Source of the DNA: Camelus ferus | Lineage: Eukaryota | Assembly: GCF_009834535.1 (NCBI RefSeq) | Contig: NC_045696.1 | Location: 108,192,001-108,256,000, forward strand | Length of the DNA: 64,000 bases | Direction of reading: 5' to 3' | Part shown: positions 52,561 through 64,000 of the stretch, in pieces | How the letters are laid out: each line of letters begins with the position of its first letter | Numbering within the stretch: the first letter of the stretch is position 1 | The notes under the pieces: model-generated | Told to the model about the DNA's origin: nothing | Seen by the model: the letters and a program-made list of their open reading frames with translations, nothing else | Database searches by the model: none | Translations under genes and position numbers: made by a program

Positions 52561-53122
52561 TGAGACAAAAGGGAAGGGGGCAGGACTCAGCCATCAAAAG
52601 AATGACACAGCAATCAGCACCAAGATGGCAGAAGATCCAACTCCCAGCAGACCTTGAGCTTCATTATACGCTTATTGAAATATATTAGCATGCTAAATGG
52701 GCCTCCCGTGGGTGCCATTAGAGTTTCAAGGCTGACCATAAAGGTCAAAAAGTGGGTGATGGCCCAATTCCTGAGTGCCCCAGCCCCTTTCCCAAAGTAG
52801 TTGGAGTAATCCTCTTACTTGTTAGCATATGAAGTTACCGAGCCCACAAAAATTAGCAACCCCACATCCTGGGGCTCTCTCTCACATGCTCTCTTGCTTT
52901 CAATAGGGTTCGCACTCTGTCTCTGGAGTGTGTAAATCTATTTTTGTTTCAACCACCCCATGCCTTGTGGTCTCTGAATAAATCTACCATCACTCTATGA
53001 CAGCTTGCTCTTGAATTCTTTCCTGTGTGAAGTGAAGGACCCTCACTTGGTGAGGAATATCCCAGGGGCTCAACCAAGACTTGGGGCAAAGCCATCCTCT
53101 CAAGTCCCATTTTCCTGTATCA
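52561..53122 (+). mobile_element. Second ERV1 solo LTR of the same MER41-like family
   Basis: tgagacaaaagggaaggggg ... cattttcctgtatca, TSD taat/taac. Confidence 0.88.
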
Positions 53123-53459
53123 TAACCACTGCATACGCTTTAGCTATTTCTCTTTTACTGATCACTGGAGGATGGAGCCAGTGCTGGGAGGATAGAAAGT
53201 TCCTGGAAGAGCACCACACCACCCACGGGGAGGTGGGAGAGAACTTCACCTGTGTCTCGCTCACCTGATGTTCTTGGGAGCTCCCGAGGTCTTGTTACCT
53301 CCACAGCCAGGGGATGGTTTGCCTGAAGGAGTCACCGAAATGGAGAAGGAGTTCCTTCCTGGAGGGGAGGGAGGCACTGGGGGTGAGGAGTAAATTTCTG
53401 TTGTGAGGATGTGAAGAGTCACAAAGAGGGGCAGATGGTGGGATGATATTTCAAAAGGT

Positions 53460-54600
53460 AGGGGTGTTCCCTGGTCCTCCCGTACATCCCCGGTCCTGTG
53501 GTCCTTTCCTAGTCAAGCTAGGCTATTCCCACTTTACTTCCTAAAGGGAGAGGTTTCATAATGTAAAGAGAGAATCAAGATCCACTTGTTTTTTAAGTTT
53601 CAAAGCATCCTCGGCTGGGGTATGGCGAGGTGAGGTGCAGAAAGAACTCTAGGAGGCTCCGAGGTGACTTACAGCAAGCTCCCCACAGACCCAGGGCAGG
53701 CCAGATTCCCCATCCCGGACTAGGAGGGGCTGAGGGGAAGTGCAGAGCGTGCAGGCGGGCAGGTTCCTGTGGAGCCTGAAGATGCACACTGGGCGGCTCT
53801 CCCTTCTGGAAGGACCCTGCCGTCCCTTCTGCTGGGCGGAGCGCTGCTGGCTGAGAGCCCGCGGCTGCGGTGCCCTCCGGGTTCACCACTGTGACCAAGC
53901 CGAGCCTGCACTCTCCCTGGGCAGCTCCAGGGAACAGTGATGGAGCCGGGGCACCGCGGCCGAGGATTCGTGCCCAGTGCCAGCCTCTCCCCTGGGCAGG
54001 CTTTGCCCTGGAGCTCCCTTTATTAATCTTAATACGATGGTCGTGCTCCTGCCCAGTCCTTCTTCCTTTACACTTCACAGGTGTTCACACTCCCTCTACC
54101 CAGCCCCCTACACATAATAAACCTCTTCTCCTGACTTCACCTTAGTGTCTGCTTCCCAGGGGACCAACCGACACAGCCTCTGAGAAAGACGTGGCCCAAA
54201 GAGGAAACCTCAGCCTCCCGGACAGGCCTGGGGGGTCCAAGGCACAGGGAACTTGTGCCCCCCACATCTAGGTAGAACCCCTTTGAGGCAGCCAGACCCC
54301 GGGGAGGATACAGCTTCCCGGTGTACCGGGCACTTGGGGACTCACTTGCGTGGTCTGGTAGAGAGGGGGCCTGGCAGTAGCTGAGAGACAGCTGACCTTA
54401 GGGTCGGGAATAGGGGGGGACAACCTGAAGCAAGTCGCTAGTCTGCATCACCAAATGACCAAAGACCAGCGGGCACGAGGACAGCTTACAGATGCCAGCA
54501 AGGAGGCAGGAGGACTCCCACCAGCCTTCATCCTTCCCGGCACTAGTCATGGAAATCCCACCACCAGGCTAGGGTAAGATGGGGGCACATTTTAGCTAAA
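53460..54600. mobile_element. ERVL-class LTR remnants, family uncertain
   Basis: An LTR-like end aataaacctcttctcc...gtgtctgcttcccaggggaccaaccgaca at ~54115-54173, followed by further LTR-like sequence. Confidence 0.4.
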
Positions 54601-57600
54601 ACTGTTTCTATGCTCCAGGGGTCTGAGCATTCAAAATAGCAATGAAGTTCTATTTTAGAAAAATCAAGATGAAGAGATTAAATATCTTGCCCACATGAGC
54701 ACATGGCCTGAGATTTTTCACTCAGTCCAAATAGTATCATCGAAAGGGAAGAGATAGAACTTGGAGCCAGGATTTTCAGAGCCAAGGCCTCGCATCTCTT
54801 CTCTCCCGCCCATTCAGGGCACGTGACAGTCACGCCAGGCAGTGCCACCTGCCCCACCACCCCACTGGCCCTGGAGAGGCACCCTCCCTGCTGAGCTGTG
54901 GGGTCCTCGGTGGAAACGGCGGCTGCTGGGATGCTGGTTATGTCGCGGCAGACTGCAAGTGGGCAAGCCAAAACCCAGGCCGGCAGGAGGCTCAAGGACA
55001 CGCTGCAGCGGGACCCGAAGCCCTGTGACTTCATCCAGGAACCAGAGGGAGCGGCAGGCCGCCAGGAGCAGAACGTAGGCTGGGATGGGAGGTGGCTTCG
55101 GCGAGTCTTGTCTGGAGGCCAGACTAGAGCAGAGATGCTCCAAACGCTGACAAGAAGGCTGCGGGGCTCCGGCTGGCTCCAGGATTTTGTTGGCTCTGCT
55201 GTTTCTCCTACCACTGGCAGAAAACATCTGGATGCAGAAGGGGTGGAGGGCACATGTTCATCCCTTGACCCCTGGCCCGGAACAGCAGCTTTGGAGCCCT
55301 GGACGTCTCTGTGAAAGGAGACGGGGTGAACATCTGACAGGTGACTCTCTGAACAATTTGCCTTTCAATTTATCCTTCTCTTTACCACACTGATAATCCT
55401 CCCGAATCTCTACTTTCATTGTGTCGCACTGCTGTTTGAACAAGTCCAACGTTTCCATTTGCTTCAAAGACAAAATCCAGGCTTCGTCAGCCTGTTACTC
55501 AAGGACGTCCGGGGTCCGGCCTCTGCCTCCATTCCTGCCTGTCAGAACCACCTATGAGTCGGTACTCAGACGGGCCTGACCCATTCCTAATCCTGTGTTC
55601 TTGGTCAAGGCGTTCTCCATGGCTGCCTTCCTCCATCCCCCCCCCCCAACTCATTGTCTCTAATGTTTATGATCATCTGGCGCTTCCTCTCCTCTGTGAA
55701 GCTCTGTCTCCATCTGCCTTCCCATCCTCTTTCTCCCTACTCCCCCCAAACACCCATGAGCAAGCTGCATCTCCTCACTGACCCTGAGGCAATGTGAAAG
55801 GCATCACCCTTGTTTCCTTACCTCCTCTGCACCTCCTTGCTTTTGGCCCTGAATGAACAACAGCGTAATAACCACCGAATATCAATCTTTGATCACCACT
55901 GGAAAAAAAAAATCAAATTTTGAATATTTAAGATTTTTATAACATTGAAATTCTAACCACAGGGATAAAGGAAAATCCCTTTTATCAGCAATGAGTGTGT
56001 ATTTGGTCATCTTTCCTGGTCTTATTTGCAGACACCCACTCCCACGTGGGGAGAGGAGATTTTCTTTGCATTTATGCTGTACGGGCTGGCCATTTGTAAC
56101 ATCTGCAAAGACATCTGGATAATTTCACTTTCCTAAGCACTGAGATGTTTGTGGCTCTTTGGATACATTTGAGATGAGGGAGGACGGCGCATCCCCACAA
56201 GGTCACGTAAAAACAATTTGTATGAGTGGCAAGGGGGGTTTTCCAGGATGTTCGGTTGGATCCCCGGGTCAGGGCTGGGCAGGGATTACCAGGCTGAGTG
56301 CAGAGCCTGTGGACTGGGTTGGGGGGCAGTGTGAGTAATAAAGAGCAGAGCTGAGCTCTGATTCCAGGGAGGAGGCATTTGTTCTGGAACTTATTTTACA
56401 CATGGCATTGACTAGAAGAAGCCTCAACCCACATGTTACAGTGTAGGACCAAGCTAGGAGGGCAGGGGTCGGCAGGAGACCTCTGCTTGACAGGGAAGTG
56501 ACAGGGGGCTTCCCTCACACAGAAACCCTGTAGCCTCTGGAAAGGATGCTGCCTGGTGGAGGGAAAAGTGTGCAGAATTTGGAGCTGGGCAGATGTGGGT
56601 TCAAATTAGACTCTGCCCTGCTGGTGCAGTCTGGGGCCCAATCCGTCATCTTTTAGGGTACCAGTTTGGTTTCCTTGACTCTAAAATGAGGATGGCGATG
56701 TTTTCCGCTCAGCCTAGCCCACTACCTGATGCTCAGTGGGAAGTCAATGACAGACCCTGCCTTTGGCAGCAGGATTGGGCCGAGACACGGGTTTCTTTTG
56801 GAACCCCTACCCCCATGGCCAGCTCAGCGCATGGCCCATGGGCTGTTGGCTGGAGGAAAGGCTGACCTGGTGAGAGGAGCAGGAGTGTCCGTCTAGGCAG
56901 GGCAGGTGGGGCCTCTGGCTTTGACAAAACTTTGTTATTTGGAAAGCAGAACCTTCCTGCCATTCTGCCAAGAGACGTGCTGGGTTCCTAGATAGAGTCG
57001 TCTAGTTCCTTGCCTATTAGTGTGTTGTTTGTCAGCATGGGGCCGAGGTAGCAGAATCCAGCGACAGCTTTTGGCTCCCGACTGCCAGGAAAAGCAGCCA
57101 CCTCACCTGCGCGTGCTCTGTAGCTAGATCTGAGGCAGCGCGCTCATGATCGCCGCCAGGGACGTTGGACTCCTCACCAAGAACCCGCAGGCTGAGACGA
57201 TTCCCAGGGCTGGCCAGTAAAGGTTAGTTCTGTTTCATCCAGGTAAGAAGAAAAAAATTATCATGTAACATGTATGCAGACCAGCCCTGCAAGTCTCTCA
57301 TTTTTATGGTATAATTTTGATCCAGAAAAGTTAAATCTGAAAAACCCATATGTTAAATTCAGAATGTTGTGATTCCTTTTTGAACTGTGAAACTAGATTA
57401 GTTCCTGTGGGGGAAATGACCCCCAGGCATAGTAGAAACACATTAAAAATGTAGCAAACCTAGAGAAATCAATCTAATTAAAATGAGCTATTTTAGCCTC
57501 CAATAAAATATCAATGAACGCATTCAGTGTTTCTTGGATCAAGATTGCCGGGTATGAATTCTGCTGTATCAGACTGTTCTCTGTGGGGCTGGGTGTCTGC

Positions 57601-59361
57601 CTTCTCTGGCCCTGAGCACAGCACCACTCACTCCCCGCACTCCCCACCAGGCCTGGGAACAGCCTAGGAGCTCACTCTGGGATTCCAGCCCTCCCCCAGG
57701 GACCCTTCTTCCCCATTCCCAAAGCATTCCTGATAGAGAAAAAAAATCCCTTCAGTTATGAACCTTGGGCTCCATGACTGATCCCTGCCCGGTATTCCTG
57801 GGCCTTCGCTCCTCCCATTTGGAGTCTGGCCCCCATCTGTCCAGTGAGACTCAACGCCTTGACGGGCTGCTTGTACACCTGTGCAGTCACCAGAGGCGGT
57901 CCCTTTGGCACTCAACGCTCACCCCAATGATGCACTTAAATATGTCTTAAATAGATGTTTTAAGACAAAACCACGTTAGGGGAATCAGGGCTTCCTGGTC
58001 AGTATGTCTGGTATCAGGGCCAGGGATCAGTGGATGGCAGGGGCCAAGGGTCAAGGAAAAAGCCAACAGATGCTAAGGGCTTAATGAAGGGCAGTGACTG
58101 GCAGGGAAGGCTTCAATATGAGAAGCCAGCACAATCATCGGGCAGACAAGCAGATAGCAGGATGCCTGCAGGCCAGTGAGTCTGGGAGGGCTGAGCCACC
58201 CCTCTCACTCCACGCTCCACCCCCTGTTTAAGGGGCGTGGCCAGGGCCAGGCAGTCAGTACACCGGAAGTGATGAGGAAGAGCAGGGACCAGGGAGATGA
58301 GAGTGGAACCCGGGAAGACTAGGGCTCCTGCTTTTGGGTCTTCCAGGGTTTCTCTGGGCAGAGGATAGTTCTGGAGGCCAGTTTGGGCTTGGTAATGGGA
58401 CCCGCCTCCATGTTCTGAGAAGGAGAGCCTGGGCCCCAAGTCAGCAGTTGCTTTTGGTGACACCCAAGTTCCAGGGAATGTAACAGAAGCAAACAGAAAA
58501 GCTTTGAATGCTAATAAGGTATGCATTACTGCTGCAGGCAAAAGAGGTGAATACGAGTCTTCTGACACTTTGAGGGTCTAAAATACAATCCTAAAAAGCC
58601 CATACTATGCCAGGCCCTCTGAATCCCATGTGAAAATAAACTCTTATTTTAGAAATCAGCTTCATGAGTTTATGCTGATATAATGCACGAAGAATTTCTA
58701 ATAATCTGAAATAAATTATTGAGGAACGAAGAGCGCAAAGAACAAGGCAATGGGTGTCAAGAAATTATTTTATTGTCCCAGGGCTTCATCTCATTCATTT
58801 CTGACTTTGAAAATTTTAATATTTATCATTCCTTGAAGAGTCTCTGAAGATAAATACTCTATGAGTCAGATAAGCAAAAACATGTGACAGGATTTAAAGC
58901 AATATTTTTGAGGGTAAGCTGGGCTTGACTCTTCTAGACTGGCAGAATTTCTTGAAAATCATTTTCTTGCTATAAAAAGAAATAAACTTATTCTCAAATA
59001 CTCCCCTGGTAGTCTATAAAAATCACCCTTGCTGTTCCGGGTTAGGGTCAAAACCACAAGGGGGACACATTTTAAATCTGTCCTGCTTTGGAGCCGACAT
59101 CAGGATGTCATAAAAGTGGCCTGCACAGCTCCTTAATCCTCCCTGCTCTCCCGTGGTGCCCTAGGGGGAAGGCGGTGTGGCAGCGTGACCCCTTCCCACA
59201 AATGGGAGGGTCACCAGGGCTATGGGGAGGTCACTCTGCTTCTGGAGCCTCGACATTGTTCTGAAGCACCTGAGGAGCTGCTAGCTTCAAGTGTGTCCAA
59301 TTTCATTTTATCACATCTCAAATGTTTGGCCGAGGCCAAAATCCAGTCAATTTAAGAATTA

Positions 59362-59543
59362 TAAAAATAGATAAAAAAACAAATTTCTTCTGTATATCAC
59401 AGGGAACTATATTCAATATCTTATAATAAATTTTAATGAAAAAGAATATGAAAATGAATATATGAATGTATATGCATGACTGGGACATTACGCTGTATAC
59501 CAGAAATTGACACATTGTAACTGACTATATTTAAAAAAAAAAA
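59362..59543 (+). mobile_element. Short 5'-truncated camelid/artiodactyl L1 3' end
   Basis: cacagggaactatattcaatatc ... gcatgactgggacattacgctgtataccagaaattgacacattgtaactgactat, A-tail, and TSD aagaatta on both sides. Confidence 0.88.
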
Positions 59544-60002
59544 GAATTAGCAGCAATGGTCTAGTGAATTTTAGGATTTAAAGTGACAGAAAGGAGGGGA
59601 CATCATAAAATAGAATTGATGCACGTTAGCTATTTTGCCAGTGTGGCTTCTAAAGGGAGAAGATGGAGCACTGGGAGAGGCTCTGATGTCGAGAAAGACA
59701 CCAGAAGTTACCACTGGGGCGGTGAGGGGGCGGTTCCCATGCTAGGTGCACACGAAGGATACTTTATTTTCTACTGTGAGCAGAAATGGAGCAAATGGAT
59801 CGTGTAGGAGAGTGAATGTAAAACTCTTCCCACAAATAAGGCAGCTAGAATGTGAGGCCAAGGCTCCAGCTGACCTTGACTCAGCTGAGCCCCTGAGTTA
59901 GCCTCAGTCGGCTGAGGTGGTTGCCTGGTTCTGAACAGACAGCAGAAGGAGCTTTTGGGGCAAAATGCAGATGGCTGGATAAAACTTTTAAATACTCAGA
60001 AG

Positions 60003-60632
60003 AGATTTCCGGTCAAGATGGTGGAGTAGTAGGACTACAAGCTCACCTCTCCTCACAACTACAGCAAAACCACAACTGACTGCTAAACAACCATCGGGAA
60101 AAAAGTCTGCAGCCTAGCAAAAAAGATCCTCTTCAACTGGGAACATAAGGAGGGAACCTCAAGAAACCCAATCAAAAAATGGGCAGAAGACTTAAATAGA
60201 CATCTCTCCAAAGAAGGCGCACAAATGGCCAACAAGCTCATGAAAAATGCTCAACATCATTAATTCTGCTTAGACAAATGCAAATCAAAACTACAAAGAT
60301 GTATCACCTCACACCAGTCAGAATGGCCATCATTCAAAAGTCCACAAACGATAAATGCTGGAGAGGGTTGTGGGGAAAAGGGAACCCTCCTACACTGTTG
60401 GTGGGAATGTAAATTGGCATAACCACTATGGAGGGCAGTATGGAAGTTCCTTAAAAAATAAAAAATAAACTTACGATATGATCCAGCAATCCCACTCTTG
60501 GGCATAAATCAGAGGAAAATGTAATTTGAAAAGACAATGCACCACAATGTTTACAGCAGCACTATTTACAATAGTCAAGACAGGGAATCAGCCCAAATGT
60601 CCATCAACAGATGACTGGATAAAGGAGATGTG

Positions 60633-60674
<42 letters not shown>

Positions 60675-61085
60675 GAATACTACTCAGCCATAAAAAAGAA
60701 TACAGCAATGCCATTTGCAACAATGTGAATGAACTTGGAGATTGTCATTCTAAGTGAAGTAAGCCAGAAAGAGAAAGAAAAATACCATATGATGTCACTT
60801 ATATGTGGATTCTTAAAAAAGGGACAAAAATGAACTTATCTGCAAAACAGAAACAGACTTATAGACACAGAGAACAAACTTACGGTTACCAGGGGGTAAA
60901 GAGGGTGGGAAGGGGTAACTTGGGAATTCAAAATTTGCACCTCTTGGGGAGTGATGGAAATGTTAGCTATCTTGTTTGTAGTGGTGGTTTCATTGGTGTA
61001 TATATCTATCAAAATTCATCAAATTGTACGTGTGAAATATGTGTAGTTTACTGCATAGGACTCATACCACAATAAAGGTGTTAAA
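60003..61085 (+). mobile_element. Composite L1-derived insertion: L1 5'UTR head + ORF2 3' end/3'UTR + ancient L1M-type 3' end
   Basis: 13-bp TSD aaatactcagaag at 59990-60002 and 61086-61098. Internal junctions at ~60163 and ~60940. (CA)n at ~60635-60672. Confidence 0.88.
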
Positions 61086-61359
61086 AAATACTCAGAAGGA
61101 GTCAAGGGAGCTACCTATGCATCCAAAGCCATCAACGCCTGCAGAACACCCCTCTGACCACTGTCTCTGGCATCTGGCTTCTACGGGTTGGCTGGATTAT
61201 TTGGATTCGGAATAGTTTTCATCCTCCTCCCTTCATACTACCTGCTTTTATCTCCAGCTTAAACCAAGGAGGCCATTGCTCTTAGCAGGAGACCCTTACC
61301 TCCAGCTACCATTTTGAACTGAAGTGAAGAATTTTATGATTATATTTCTTTTTTTAAAA

Positions 61360-61855
61360 AAACAGACTTTATTTTTTTGGAGCCATTTCAGGTTTACAGC
61401 AGAATTGAGCAGAGAATACAGAGAGTTCTCACATAGCCCTCCCCATCCACGCATATATACTCCCCTCCTCTCAACATCCCTCATCAGTGTGGCATATTTG
61501 GTACAATCGATGAACCAACATGGGCACATTATTATCAACCAAAGTCCATAGTTTACATTAGGGTTCACTCTTGATGTTGTACATTCTATGGGCTTTGACA
61601 AATGCATAATGACATGTAGCCACCACTATAGTATCGTACAGAACAACTTCATCACCCTAAAAACCCCTTGTGCTCCCTCCCTCCGTCTCCCCAAACCCCT
61701 GGAAACCACGATCTTTTTACTGTTTCTGTAGCTGTGCCTTTTCCAGAATGTCATTTGGTTGGAATCGTACAGTTTGTCGCCTTTTCAGACTGGCTTCTTT
61801 CATTTAGTAATATGTCTTTTAAGTTTCTTCCATGCCTTTCTTGGCTTAATATTTC
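61360..61855 (-). mobile_element. L1MA/MB-type 3' end
   Basis: aggtttacagcagaattgagcagagaatacagagagttc ... aaagtccatagtttacattagggttcactcttgatgttgtacattctatggg. Confidence 0.88.
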
Positions 61856-62212
61856 TTTTTTTTAATAAAAAAGTTTTTAAACTGAGGTATAGTTGATTTA
61901 CAATATTGTGTTAGCTTCTGGTGTATAGCATAGTGATTCAGTTTTTTATATATATATATACACATACACACACACATATACATACACTCTTTTTCATATT
62001 CTTTTTAATTATAGGCCATGACAAGCTATTTAATATAGTTCCCTGTGCTGTACAGCAGTAGGACCTCATTGTTTATCTATTCTGTATATAGTAGTTCATA
62101 TCTGCTAATCCCAAGCTCCCAATTTATCCCTCCTCCTGAGCCTTTCCCCTTTGGTAACCATAAGTTTGTTTTCTCTGTCTGTGGGTCTCTTTTTGTTTTG
62201 TAAATAGGTTAT
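61856..62212 (-). mobile_element. Artiodactyl L1 3' end
   Basis: tgaggtatagttgatttacaatattgtgttag ... tttcccctttggtaaccataagtttgttttc. Confidence 0.88.
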
Positions 62213-64000
62213 ATTTCTGCTTGTTTCTTTGAGTTGATCATTTAAGGCCAACTGAAATATTTTTGAATCTTAATTCTGTGATCCAATGATTGTAAAGCCC
62301 TCTTAGCTTTGTGTCATCCACGAATCTACCCATTCTTGCTTCTCAGGACTCCTCTGGGAATGAAGGTCCTCATGGTGGGGCCCATGGAGGAAGGCTTTCC
62401 TCTGAGGGTCTTTGGGATGCCTTCACCCAGTTGCTGTCATACAAACTCCATTTCTCCGTATCCACCACAATCGTCGTTTTTAGAGTCCTTGAAGAAAGCA
62501 ATGTACATCAGGTACTTTGCTGAACTATGCTCAGTTTTGGTGACCCTGGTGACCAGTGACCAGTGACCAGTGACTGCCTTGATCATTCTCGAGAGGAATG
62601 ATCACCAAGTCCCTCAGGCTGTTTCCTACTTAGAGGCTGTTGATTTTTGGACATCAGCTCTGTTCTAGACAGTTTACACACCTTGTCTCTCATCCACCCA
62701 TCAGTTCTGGAAGAAAAACACTAAGTTCCCATCTCTGTCCACCTCCACCCCTACCCCTAACTTTTCATACTAGGAAATGGACCTCAAAGTGGTTAAACGA
62801 CTTTCCCCAAACCACGCGGTTGACCATCAGCTCTACCAATGATTTGGACCCAGGACTGTCAGGTTCCGAATCCACATGATGGCGTTTTCCATTTTCTGTG
62901 TTTACCCAAACATCACAATCTTGTCTGCATGGTCTTTCAGGGCCTTTGGGTGTGATTCTTCAGCTGTTGGGGATCTGAGCTCAAGTGACAGAGGGATTGG
63001 CCACCTGCGCAAGTCTGTTTTTCTGTGGTGTGACTTAAGCACAGCCTCTGGTGCTCAGGGAGGACCAGGGCAGCCAAATGCATGCTACCCTGGGGGGAAG
63101 GGGCTGGTGTCCCTGGTGCCCACAGAGCCTGGGGCTAAGACTGCAGCAGAGGCAGCGGGAGGGCTGCACCCCCAGGAGGGTGCACCACCCTCCCCAGCTA
63201 CTGCTGTGCGCTCCGGGGACCTTCCCATCCCTCCTTCTCGCTGGCACACCCTTCTATCTCCTTCTGTGGGGAAGGCTCATGTCAAGAGCCACCGCAGCTT
63301 AGTTGAAGCCTCATGAGGGCTTTTCCTCTAACTGAGTTACTGACTGCAATTATCACAGCTCTCCTGGAAGTGGATGAAACCCAGTTTCAAATTTCTTAGC
63401 TGTTTCCAGAACCCCAGCATATTTTACTGCTGGGAGGACAGATGCCTGCTCAAGTGTCTGATGCAAACACTTAAGTTTTATTGTGGTTTGACATTCATTA
63501 GGGAACCATCTTCCGTAGGCAAAATACAAGACATTTCTTTAGACAGGAGGCATAAAAGGACTAATGGTGGGTCATAGGCCAGATGGTACGGAAATAAGAT
63601 GAACTGAGCCCTGGAGCCAGACCATCTTGGTCCTGCACTGCTTTTGAGAACTGAGGGTGTGTAAGGGGAAGAAAGAAAACATGATTCCAGGCACCAGTTT
63701 GTGCCGAGAGGCCCCAGCACAAATGTGGAGCTCCACGCGTTGTGGGGGAAGGGGGAAATCACACAACACCCTGTCCCAGCCGAGATTCTGAAGAAAGGCT
63801 TATTGACTTCATGATCAGGAGACAAGGACCAACGTTGCCGAGAGACCAGTGATATGTTGGCGAGCTCCCTGGGTTCTCACAGTGCACTTGAAGAACAAAC
63901 ACCTCTGGTTCCAGCTCCCAGGGCAGAAAAGTGAGGCTGAGGGAAGGGAACTTTACCAAAGACACACAACTCGTCAATGGTGCTGCCAGGATTCGAACCC

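Noticed and set aside
50360..53122. Intact provirus bounded by two LTRs
   Set aside because: Each LTR has its own TSD, and the spacer has no retroviral internal sequence.
53593..55314. Several 130-190-aa ORFs in GC-rich sequence
   Set aside because: They are open on both strands, have no recognisable homology, partly overlap LTR-like DNA, and are expected by chance at high GC.
20532..62575. Short tandem micro-duplications (11-mer x3 at ~20532, 17-mer x2 at ~22368, 19-mer x2 at ~32016, 7-mer run at ~62550)
   Set aside because: Ordinary slippage products, mostly inside transposon fossils.

Overview
Mammalian, repeat-rich, apparently non-coding DNA (intergenic or a large intron). It is most likely camelid: there is a tRNA-derived SINE of the Vic-1 type at ~32.6 kb and artiodactyl-type L1 3' ends. 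I could not support any intact protein-coding exon, RNA gene or CRISPR array. The long six-frame ORFs are microsatellite, transposon or chance ORFs. The window holds L1, L2, HAL1-like, MIR, MaLR/ERVL/ERV1 LTR and hAT/Tigger/MuDR DNA-transposon fossils. A possible minus-strand TATA/MEF2 promoter lies at the left edge. The most notable structures are: (1) a 1.08-kb tripartite L1 chimera inside a single 13-bp TSD (~60.0-61.1 kb); (2) a triple nest of L2 > MER34-like LTR > Mutator/Ricksha-like element retaining transposase remnants; (3) a twin-primed, 5'-inverted L1; (4) a ~170-bp non-repeat module duplicated 2.3 kb apart; (5) a small TSD-flanked insert inside an L1 tail; (6) two independent MER41-like solo LTRs; (7) a MER45A insertion flanked on both sides by a MEF2 consensus. 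Repeat family names come from my recall of consensus sequences, not from a database search. Boundaries are approximate unless a TSD is given.
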